A stretch of DNA of 64,000 nucleotides from Phoronis australis. Taxonomy: Eukaryota > Animalia > Phoronida. A program made the position numbers and the translations under genes. This document shows, one piece after another, positions 12,819 to 24,800 of this stretch (the first letter of the stretch is position 1; the number at the start of each line of letters is the position of its first letter). The stretch spans positions 506,959 through 570,958 of the forward strand of contig NMRA01000181.1 in assembly GCA_002633005.1 (NCBI GenBank). Direction: 5' to 3'. Under the pieces are notes generated by a model. The model did not search any database. It was given only the letters and a program-made list of their open reading frames with translations, and was not told the DNA's origin.

Positions 12819-12897
12819 CTAGTGGGCCTCTTGGGCAACCTCCTGTTCTCGTATTTGCTGTGTCTGACGACAAGAGCGAGCGATGTCCTCGAAAAGT
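12819..12897 (-). CDS. CNOT1: CNOT1 exon 41 (last)
   Basis: ttgcag acceptor; [28 protein letters not shown] at 12819-12821. Confidence 0.85.
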
Positions 12898-15800
12898 CTG
12901 CAACAAGAAAACAAAAGGAAATAATTGCACACCCCTATCCCAAACGAAGCCGTGATAGGAAAAATAACATTCTTTGTACTGTATGCTGAAAAATTTATCC
13001 TCAACAATTCGTAATGTATTACAAAGCCGGCTCACCTTGCTCTTAAAGCCAGGTTTATAATTGGGTCACAACTCCTAGTTACTTTTGAGAAGTTGCAACT
13101 TTTTGATAGGACCAATTTCAATGATGGTGAGCATGCCAATGAGGAAGGATTTTAGAAACTCGAGTGTCCAATTTGTTTTACACTGCACGACTCGATCTTA
13201 ATTGCAAAGAACATCAACCTTTGTCCAGTTAGCAGCTGACCAAATTTTGCTAGGCTCGTGACAATCTAACAATATACGTATCAAAATGAGCATACACTAC
13301 GAGGTCACTTTGAAACTTACTTGAGATACCATACACAATACAATGTACAACACAATACAAACTGAACATTCTTGGCAGACATTATCAATAATCTACCTAT
13401 TACTCACACACAAAANTCTACTGAAAGGTCAGACCATGGGACACGGTCGTCGCGAGAGCGTAGCAACGCTGTTGCGTTCTTTTTGAAGCGCTGCGTTACT
13501 TTGTCACGGCTAAATACAAACGTAGCAGTGCCGCTGGTGGTCTAGAAGACCCGTGCAAAAATTTTTTGATAAATTGAAGATGTTACTGTAGCCGAGTTTT
13601 AGGACTGTAGGTACGTCATTGTTCGCATGTACACGTTCATGGACTGGGCGCTTATTTCAGCAAAGTCTGAAAACGCGTGGGGGGGCGCTTATAGGGGCAT
13701 GGGCGGTTATTACGGCGAATACGGTATTACAAAGCCTGCTCACCTTGCTCTTAAGGCCAGGTTTATTATTGGGTCACAACTCCTAGTTACTTTTGAGAAG
13801 TTGCAACTTTTTGATAGGACCAATTTCAATGATGGTGAGCATGCCAATGAGGAAGGATTTTAGAAACTCGAGTGTCTAATTTGTTTTACACTGCACGACT
13901 CGACCTTAATTGCAAAGAACATCAACCTTTGTCCAGTTAGCAGCTGACCAAATTTTGCTAGGCTCGTGACACTCTAACAATATATGTATCAAAATGAGCA
14001 TACACTACGAGGTCACTTTGAAACTTACTTGAGATACCATACACAATACAATGTACAACACAATACAAACTGAACATTCTTGGCAGACATTATCAATAAT
14101 CTACCTATTACTCACACACAAAATTTTGCCTTGGAAACACCACACTAGGACATACTGGCTACATAGGCGGATTTAGTGGGGGGGCCTGGGCGCCCCCCCC
14201 TTGGGTGCCGCAAAAAAATAAAACAGCAAGAGCGTAGGGAAATGTTGAGTTTATTAATTAACCCCGGTAATTAAAATTATACGGCTAAAACAAGATTTAA
14301 AATGAGCAGTTGTAGTGTTTGGGGGAGGGGGCTTAAATCCAATTTCAAGTGTCAAATTCGGAACACGGCGCAATCGTAACTATGGCTAAGTATAGGCTCT
14401 CCCGCGATATCCCAGGCGACCGGCAGTGGTGCTGGGCACTAGGACTTCGTTTCCGTCGTCTGCTCCACTGTGCATTGAAGAAAATTACTTCATTTTTTAA
14501 AGAAAATGGAAACTGGAAGCTGCTGGTAAGATGTCAATTTTAATCGAAGCCTTAGTGAATCACTCAGAAACTCATAATTCTCTCTTTGTCAAACCTTAAC
14601 TTAAGACGATTTCCAAAGCAATTGCGTCATTATTGTCAAGACAAAAAACGGATTTGGTCTTTTGGGCAATTGAAGACTATTTGAAATACAACAAATTTGT
14701 TACGAATTGGTTACACAAAATATAAAACACGTAATAAGCATTACAAAAAGAAGGTTTTGTGCGCAAACGCTATGGACCATAAACAAGTAGGTCTCTTAAT
14801 ATCAAATTAGGAGTTAAATCGTGGTGGTGCAGTGGCAAAGCGCTCTATACGCTAGGTCGTGAGTTCGAGTCTGTAGTGCTTGCAGTTTTTCCTGTTTGAC
14901 ACTTTCTCTGTGTTTTTACTTTTTTTGCCTTTTTTCTTGGATAATACTATGGGAATCGAGGAAAACGCTTGATTTTTAGAGGAAAAAAACAAACAAAATT
15001 TCCAGGGAGGGAGGGGGCAAACCCCTCCATTCGGTGCTATGCACATCTACAATTGTGCTTTGAGTAACTGTTTACAGACAAAATGTTGGGCACCCCCCTT
15101 GTGATATCCTAGATCCGACACTGTGCTTAAACGACACAAGAAGCATTATTGCAACAGTTGTCATAAGGCACTTACTTTTCGATCTCACGGGCACAGTGGA
15201 CAAACTTGTGATCCCACAGCTTGAACTGAGGGTTCTTGATTAGCTCGATGAGCGTGATGAGTAGGCCCCAGGGGTGGGGACGGTTGACGATGAGTCGCTC
15301 CAGCAGGACTCGCGTGATCTGCTCCTGGAACGCCTCCGAGTTGGTTTCAGCAAACAGGTAAAGCAGTGTGCAACTGAAGTAGTGGGTGTGGCTGTTGGGG
15401 TAGCGCAACTGGTTGGCAACTGCATTCAGGAACAGGTAGCGACCTGCAGTGGAGACAAACGGAATTAATGCTAGTAACTGACAAGGGACACTGTTGCAAT
15501 GTTGTGTAGACACCAGCTCTGATCTCTGATGAAAAAGGGCTACTAATATTAAAATCTCTTGGTCTATTTACAACGACCTCTTGTCTATTTACACTGTCAC
15601 TAGGTTTCGGTCGGTCTATTCTCTGGCCATCGTCAGGTGTTCCCGCGTTCTACGAAGAACGAGCACCGATATGTGGTACACTCATGGTGTGATTTTTGTC
15701 TGAGGCAGGATTTGAACCCACGACTTCTGAAACTACAGATAATTCGAGTCCAGCACCTTAACCACTACACCACAGAGACTCGAATTATCTGTAGTTTAAG

Positions 15801-18800
15801 AAGTCGTGGGTTCAAATCCTGCCTCGGACAAAAAATCACACCATGAGTGTACCACATGTTCGTGCTCATTCTTCTAAGAACGCGGGAACACATGACGATG
15901 GCTGGAGAATAGACCGACCAAAACGTGACAGTGTAAATAGACAAGACATCGGTGTAAATAGACCAAGAGATTTTAATAATAGTAACACGCCACCACCTCA
16001 GTGGTTTTAAAAAGAAAAAGGGCAAGTTAGCGTTGGTTATGGTAAAGAACAACTTGTACCAGTTGAATCTAAACAGATGCACCTCATGGCAAAAGGCATG
16101 TTTGACTCTCTGGTGAAACTACTTCCAATCACTGAAAGTGTCATCAATTATGATTAGACAGTTCACACTGAAGATAAAACACAGCGATGGGAATTAGATA
16201 TGATTGAATGCCCTCGGTGTAATTAATTTCACTTCTAAGCATTCTAACTGGAATTCACTGTCCGTAAATAGAACAATTGCAATGAGGAAAAAGCACCACA
16301 AAACAGTAAATGAATTTATCTCCTCCAATTCCTACATACAAGTCGCTGTCACTCACCAGCACCTCTCAATTGACCTATCGCAAATTCCGCCCCCTTGCGA
16401 AATGTCCACAAACAAACAATAAGTTATACCTAATAACGTGTTGTTTGTCGGGTAAAATGGCGGCTTAGCAACTAAGGTGTTTCAAAAATGCTAAGTTCCA
16501 ATTGGTCAGTTAAGCCGTCACTCGAAATCCTGGTGATAGGTCAATTGTGAGCAACAGCACAGAACCCAAAAGTAATTATCGAGGACAACACGAAAGCTTG
16601 TACCCGCATTTCGCTACCACCCCTTCAAGTCGCCGTTTTGAACGCCTCACCACCAACCTTACCTTCAGTGTCCAGGTCGACAGCCAGATTCTGGAAGATG
16701 TCCATGTGCGAGGAGTGAGCAATAGTGCTCATACTGGGCGTCAGACCCTTCTGGTGGATGTAGGCTATGGCCTGTGTCCCCACGTATAGGACAAGAGCAT
16801 TGATAAGGGGTATGTTGTACCTCATGCCTGGCTCATTGGATACCTAGAGAACAACAGTAAGACAAGGCACTTAGTACGTGTGTTTTACCATTACAAGATC
16901 CTAATGAATAAAAGTCTGGAGGAAAATTTAACTGTACCAGGGAGGGAAACAAAAATGCAATAATCTGCATTTTAAGACCAATTTTCAGTTCGAGGCACCG
17001 TGTCTGTCAGAGAAAGTTCTCAAATAAAGGATGTGGACAAAGATTCTTTGTTAAAAATATCATATTCAGTTGTGTGATCAAAAGAATTGATATTTCACCA
17101 GACACCCTTGCAAACAGTCTCACAAGATAGGTGTTGATAGCATTGTTTGGATGTTTATAGAACTCTAACTGAAACACCACAACTTACAATCACCTTCAAA
17201 CAGGATAGCAAGTATTTTCCATGTAGTCAAACAACACAACAACATAGAAAGAAAATCACAGCATAAAGTGTATCTTGTACATGGCAGAACCATTCAAGTC
17301 AAGAAATTCACTTGTCTGCTGAATAACACTAAATGTTTCAAAACCATGAACAGTACACAAAACCACAAAAAACAAGCGTTTTAATTAAGCAGCAGTTCCA
17401 TGAACACTTGAAAAGTCGGATCCCAATAAGAGGCTACAAGAATTTAAAGGTGAGTAAAAATGAGCGAAGTGGTCTCAACATCCCCATGATACAGATACGT
17501 TTGCGGACTTACATTTTTTCATTTTCGACAATTCAGTATGCTAACAAACATGAGCTAACGAAAATCGCAAAAAATGACAAAATATAGCAGCAGCCGACCT
17601 TTGGTAAGGTTGCTTTGCTCTCACTAACATCAGCAAAGTTTACTATAATGGGAAGGCATAATGAAGACCAGAAAAAATATCGGTAAATTTGAACACTCAG
17701 ATAAAATTGAGTATACAATGATTGGTACCTGCATGTTACTTCTCAGCTCTGACAAGAATGTGACTGGCGATCGAGTCTTCAAGTAGGAATCCAAGTCCTG
17801 AAAATGCGAAAGCTTTATGATCACTTTGACATGTGCATGGCGTCCTTTTCAATGGAAACTCAAATATCTCAGAGTGGATCTAAACGAGTGATGGACTCAT
17901 CAAACGCCACTGAATTCAACTATGCATGGTTCACCTCTGAATCCCGAGCATCGTCATAAACTTCTTGCCCTTTTGAAACGCTTCATTACAAAATAATACA
18001 CAGCACAGATAACATAGCCTACTTCACTTCCTAACTTACAGCACTTAACTACATACCTTCTTGAAGCTAGCTGGCTGAATGGCACCAGCAAAGTTAGTGT
18101 TGATCCTGGGCGCATGTGGGATCTCCGAGAGCATGTCCACCTTAAGATTGGGTGTGAAAGGATCAGGCAGGCGCATGTTGCGTGGGAACGCGCTTAAGAT
18201 GAGGTTGCGCACCTGGATACAATTAGGCGGGATCACGTCACAGAACGCGTAATGGTAGTCGCACAGGAACTCTGGGAAGTCGTGCAGTAGGACCAACAGC
18301 ACGCGCAGTGTACCCTGAAATGAGAGCCAGGGATGTCTACACCACAACTATGTGACAGTTTGATACAGACTAACAAGTACAAAGCTACACCGAATACTTT
18401 TTCAAGACACAATGCATTTACAGGTCAAATAAGTCAAGTTTCTTTTGCACTGGGCCCACGTTCTCATTTCCTCCTCTGCATCCATACCATCCATTTCTAC
18501 ACACACTAAGCACAGAGGACCAAGAAACAATTAGTCTCCATGCAAAGCCTGGACCCAAACTAAGGTCACTTAAATGGGAGTCTGGAGCTCTAACCCGAAT
18601 TGCACTATATACAAAATATCAAACGTCAGACCCCACTTCTTCACGAATATAAACAAATCTAGTACACAGATAACATTGAAAGCTCTTAGCTTCAAATGTT
18701 AAGATTTGTCTATATCTGTTCAGCTATTCCTCAGTAGACACGTAGTGGAAGTGCTAGTTTTTGCCATACCTTATACAACAGCTGGGTAGGCTTGGTCAGG

Positions 18801-21800
18801 TCGGTGTTGCGCAGGAAAGGCGCCAGGAACTTGAACAGGTCTATGAGCAGCTGGGCGTACATGCACCAGCCACGCTGTTGGGGTGTGATCACCAGCATGC
18901 GTCCAATGAACACACGGTGTGAAATGAGCTCCAGCCAGGCGTAGGCAAAGCCAGGTGCCTTGGCGGGCCGCAGGATGTGAAATGTGTTGCTGGAATTAAT
19001 CAGACACAACTAAAATGAGACGAAGGAAACCCGGCTGGAATTTTTAAGTGACTGCTCCTATTTTACTAGACTTTTTGAAAATTTTAAAGATGTTTAGCAA
19101 TAACTAATAGACCATAGATTTAGGCTACTGCCAATTGGCTGACAAACGTTTTGGTTTCAGCACATCAAATGATGAACAGTGAAGAACAACCTGCTAACTC
19201 ACCAGAATGCAGTGAGCACTTGGTAGTTGATGCTTTCCAATACATGTTCAGGGGCATTGAGCTCAATGAACAGCATGATGAAGATCCTGTGGTAGGGCAA
19301 CTGTTGGAAGTCAGAGTGTCTGACCTCGTGGTCCTGCAGGAGGACCCCAGCTACAATACCCAACACCTGTGATAGAGGGAACATGATGAAAATTGTGCGT
19401 TACGAAATTCTCCACTCACTTTGTACAAATTTTTTTTTTCATTTTTCAAAGGCTGATGACTTTTTTGGAAATAATAGGAACTTTAGTAGCAAATGTCATT
19501 TTGTGACAGCTTTACACACCAATCCATGCTTATAATGGTGATGAAGACTAAAATGCACATATTAATACTTTGTGGAGAAATTTAACAAGGAGACGGCAAT
19601 TCTGTTTGCTAAATAACACGGCTTGGAATGACCAATGAGAAAAAAGAGGAAAAATTTCCAGGTGATGTACCGTTCCATAGATAAATAGGCTTGTGTGATA
19701 GAAATATATATTTGTGCAGTAAAATTTAACTGAAATAAAATATATGGAGTGTCTTCACAAAAGAAGGTATTTTCCAAATTTGAAATTTCAGGAAAACTCC
19801 ATCTTTCAGCTTGATTTCAACAAAACCAAATACATCTTGCAATGACGTGATCTTAAAAACGCTTTTTTCCAAAATGCCACACACTGGTGGCATTCAGATT
19901 TCAAATTTGGTAGGTATGTCGATTTGCACTAAAACTGGTCTAATAACAAAACCACCCACAAGCTGTTCCCATACTCACCTTGTTCAGTAGATTAATCTTT
20001 GTCACATTATTTGTTGAGTCTCCGGAGTGTTTGACCAGGAGCGCTATCAGCCTCACGAACGCGTCCAGCGTGTGGAAACACTTGGTCCTGATCAGAGTGG
20101 GACTGTGCGACTGCTCAGTGAGCGCACGGTAACACAGGTCAACGCACATCTCCGTACAGAGGCGGAAGAAGCGGGTGATCAGGTCGTCAGTCTTCAAGAT
20201 ACCCTGCTGGTGCATCTGGGACACAAGTAAAGAGCTGGTGAGCCATGTGAAACTGGACAAATTACAGTGACGCGTAACATGAACAGTCACTTGGTAGGAA
20301 GACAATACACAGCTGTAAGAGGGGATACACCACTGAATCCTTCCAGGTTTTAACACATAACAAGTGCCGAGTGAAGAAGCATTTTTATTTCTTGAAGGGG
20401 CATTAGCATAGCAACAATTACTATGCATTAGCACACGTGGAACCACAACCCATTTATACCTTTTCGAACAATAGAGATTTATGGGAAACTATTACAACAA
20501 AATAGTTGAATTAACATGGTCAACATACACCAGGGCTTGGAATGACCAATGACAAAAAACGTGGAAACTTTTACGGCCCAAAACATGCGCGCTACCCAGC
20601 CTTGAAATAGTCGATGTGAACCTTTCGCCGACGAAAATCGGTAGGACTAAAAAAAAATAAAACGTTACCACCATCAGTAGCATGCGTCTGCGTCTTTTTA
20701 TCTCGTTCATCCACTCCTCCACTCCCACCCCCACACATTTTTGGCTGCAGAGCCGTAGTGTTTGTCACGGCGGTTTACAATCACACGAGTCGCCATTGAA
20801 AATCCCACCACGCTATCCCAGATGCCCTGGCAATGTTGACAATTCACGTTCCTCCGAAACATAAAGAGCAACTTCCGCTTTTCGAGGTGAACATAGTCGG
20901 CAACGCCGCGGTAAGAAAGGAATTTGCCGCGGAAATTTTATATCAAATCCGATTTTTTTACGCGAAAATATAATAAAATGCGCGGACAGAACATTTGAAA
21001 AAAGCGGAAATCCGCGTTTCCGCGGAAAATTCCAAGCCCTGATACACGAGAAGCTGTGGGTATTGTTTATAAACCAGACATCTCACCTGTGCAACAAAAG
21101 CCGTAAATGCCTTTGTGCTGTCTCTGCCCGCCTGCGGGGTGTGGTACATCTGTACCCACTCTCGCAGCAGATACTCTGTCTTGTCATGCAGACCAGGCGG
21201 GTCGTCGAACTCCCGTGCCTGTGAGATTCCCGAATGCATCATGGACGTGGGCCCGCTGGGTGTGCGGTCCAGGAAGCCGCTGTCGTTCTGCTGACGAATA
21301 CTCTCAATCAAAGCGGTCAGGCTGGAAAGAGAAACACGCTGTTGATTGACGCAAGGCAATGCTGAGAAAGCATTACTAAGCGATAAAAACTTTTACAGAT
21401 CACTTGACATACAACTTTCTATATGAACTTCTCGTGAATCATACATTCACTTTCAAACCCACATATTTACATGTAATAAACATATCATTTGTATTTCACT
21501 TCCTCTGCTCTGTACTGCATAACATTCTTATTGACTGAAGTTTTACCCTACACACTCAGTACTGTCAGTGGTATTACATTTTTTCAGAACTGACACTTTA
21601 AACACGAAAGAATACTTTCCAGAAAAATGTAACAATAAATGATAGAATACAACTCACCCTTCAGGCGCCTGTCTTGAATGGGCTGCAATACGAGCCAGTG
21701 TCTCAATTGTGTTGTAGAAGTCCGCCTGAAAACAAAAAATTAAATCTTGCATTAATGACAAGTTTGAACATAAACATACAAGTAAACACAGGACACTGGT

Positions 21801-24800
21801 CAATAACAAGATAATTTCGAAACAGTTACATGTGAAATCTGTCACGACCGAGTGGGAAAATTGTAGCAACTTGGGATGCAAATAGTTAGCCAAGAAGTCA
21901 CAATGAAACAATGGACACAGCTTGGTTTGTTGTTTACAGTAGACCCAATAAAACTGGCACTCTCAACATAAATAACAATGAAGTGTCTAACACACTATTT
22001 TGAAATCTGTTCAACCAACATGCCAGAGGGAGAAACAAAGGGCAAAAATTAGTTACATATCACAGATCACCCAACGACAAAAGGAAATGTAAACATCAAC
22101 GATACAAAACCACAACAAAGCACTGACTAATTATTACTACTCTATTGAACATTAACTAACTTGACCTTTGGCAATGTTGGGTGTTGAGCACTCATGAACC
22201 AACACTGCTGACCCGACACCTCGCACACTCACCTCGTTGATCTGGTCACTGTGTTTCTTGCCGCACAGAATCGGGTAACAATCGGGGCATTCCACTCAAG
22301 AACCAAAACTGCCCCCCCCCCCACTCCAACACTTCACACACTCACCTCGTTGACCTGGTTGGTCCACTGTGTGTCTCTTCCAAACAGCATCGGATAACAT
22401 CTAGCGCTGTCCACTACAGAGCCACCACTTGACATAGTCACTCACCTCATTGATCTGATTACTGTGTTTCTCCTCCACACAGTAGCGCTGCACTAGTTGC
22501 ATACAGAAGGATACCGCCATGTAGTTGAGCCCATTCTCCATGGCCTGCGCCAGGTAGAGGTCATACTGTTGCATGTTGACTAGGTGTGCCTTGATCAGGC
22601 AGTCAATGGCATCTAGGTTGTACTTGTAGTCTTCCCGACACTCAATCAGGCACCTGACAAACACAGGCATATGTGCAGATAAAACATCATAGGACTTAGA
22701 TCAGACTTCAGGTTATCACAGGTGTGCATATTTAGCAAAATACCTACAAAACTATAGACTATAACTCACTTAAAGTTCTGAATGAGGGCTATTTATCAAT
22801 GTATTATATTAATTAGGTCAAGTAACCACATCATTTTTTTAGTAAAATTTAGCAAAAAAGTAAGATACATGGACAGCAAAAGAACACTATAGCCCTTCAT
22901 GCAAATGACAAACATTGTAAAAACGATTCCAAACAGCGTTATGGAGAAAAGTGCGTAAAGCATAGTGCGTGAAAGTTTTATATGAATATGAGATACGATG
23001 TTCCATAGTTAGTCAAATTTGGACATTTCTCAACGGTCCTACATAGCCTTACATTTCAAGTGACAGAAACACCCACGTAGTCCCTGAGTCACAATAATGC
23101 AGATGCCTTCCTACAGACATGCTAATTAATTAGCCCTTGATAAGACTAATGAACTTGGATCAGTTATTTGCACCACAGTCAATTACGAAAGCTGTCTCCA
23201 TCAAAGAGCAAACTGAAGCAGTTAACGCAAAACCATTTGCGAACGCTGCCCACACGACTTGACACACAGAACGGGATGGATAACATTAATGATTCTTCAA
23301 GTGTTCCATGTAAGGTTATTCAAACTCCACCACCACTAGTTAATAAATCAACTTTTCCTTAACAATCGGTATTTCTTCACACGGTTCAATGTGATGACAC
23401 TGATCTGTAAGACATGTTGGTTAACTCACCGAGTGACTTGCTTGTTGGTCCACTGAGGTCCATAGGCTCGCTGATCCTGGAGTCCTTTCAACACCAACAG
23501 GTGGCAGTCTCTAAAGCGGATGAGGATGTCCGGATCACTAGGAATGGCCGAGGCAGGGTTCAGCCCATCCAGCAAACCTTCCACGGCCTAATGATGGGTA
23601 AAAACTTTTCATCATTCTCTCAATCATAGTCGTCTTAAGTTAACATATTTAAATCCTATGAACATTTAGCGAAAAAAAACGCATTATCAAAACTTGGAGT
23701 ACAGCACCCATGGTTTTTCAACAAAGTGTGTATTAATTTGTACCCACCGGCCGTTTTGCTGGACACAGCATGACACACTACACTACAGAGTTTCAACTTA
23801 TAAGCCACCCATTTCAAAAGAATGCTCAGGCAAAGTATAGGCCAATTAGTGACATCTTCCAAGTACAAGTCATACTGTAGATTACAATTAGAAACCAAAG
23901 GAAGTTTTCACAGCACCAGTAAATCTAGGTGCATTCACCTTCTGCAAAAGAGCCAGTGCCGTGACAATCTCTCGCGAGTTCCTTGCGAGGACCACGGCCT
24001 CCAACAGGCTGTGTAGAGTGGCCACCAGGGGGTGTGTCTGCGGAGCCATGAGATTCTGCAGCTGCAGCTCAATCTCACGCGCAACTTTCTCGTAGATCTG
24101 CATGATCTCATTGGTGGCGTACGACTGCAAGTAGACACAACATAATGGGTCATCACCATGCTGGGAACAACTGAAGGGGAACACAGTGAAAGCGATGTAT
24201 TGAATTAAGTTTTCACATAGCACTCAAAGGGAATTTATTACTAGAAATATGTGAACACGGGATATCCAAATTTGTCATCATGTGCTGTAGCAGGGAATGT
24301 CTCACAGGGAATATAGCAACACATGACATCCCAAAGTAAGTCATCACACGATCTTGTTGGTAACATCCGACTACAGAAATAAGCCATTTGCGGTGTGAAA
24401 GGTTGCAACCGACACCAAACAAAAGTACAAACAATACCAGATAGTGAAAGGAAGGATTAAACACGTTTCCTAAAATGCGAAACAACTTATTAAGAAGACG
24501 CCTATCATGAGTAACCACTTCACCTCAAGTAGCGAAATGCTTAGAAAGACCCGGGTTACATTTGAACAACTATCACTTACTGTGTTCGGCTTGAACTGTT
24601 GACCCTGCTGCGAATTCTCCATGCCAGTGGGCAGGAAACCGGGCACGTTCCTGGCAAACTCCTCGTAGACGGCAATCTGCTGAGGAGAAGTGACTCCGCC
24701 CACTTTGAGACGAATGGCCTCGGGCATACGCTCTGCCTGGTAGGTCAGCACCACGGGGTCGCAGTAGCGCCGGCCCTCCGAGCGTGCCAGCTTTCGCAGG

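Noticed and set aside
14820-14873. tRNA gene
   Set aside because: Only A/B-box-like motifs with a shortened middle and no cloverleaf; lies inside a repeat.
15698-15774. Functional tRNA-Ser gene
   Set aside because: A and B boxes are present, but the acceptor and anticodon stems do not pair properly and it is fused to a repeat body.
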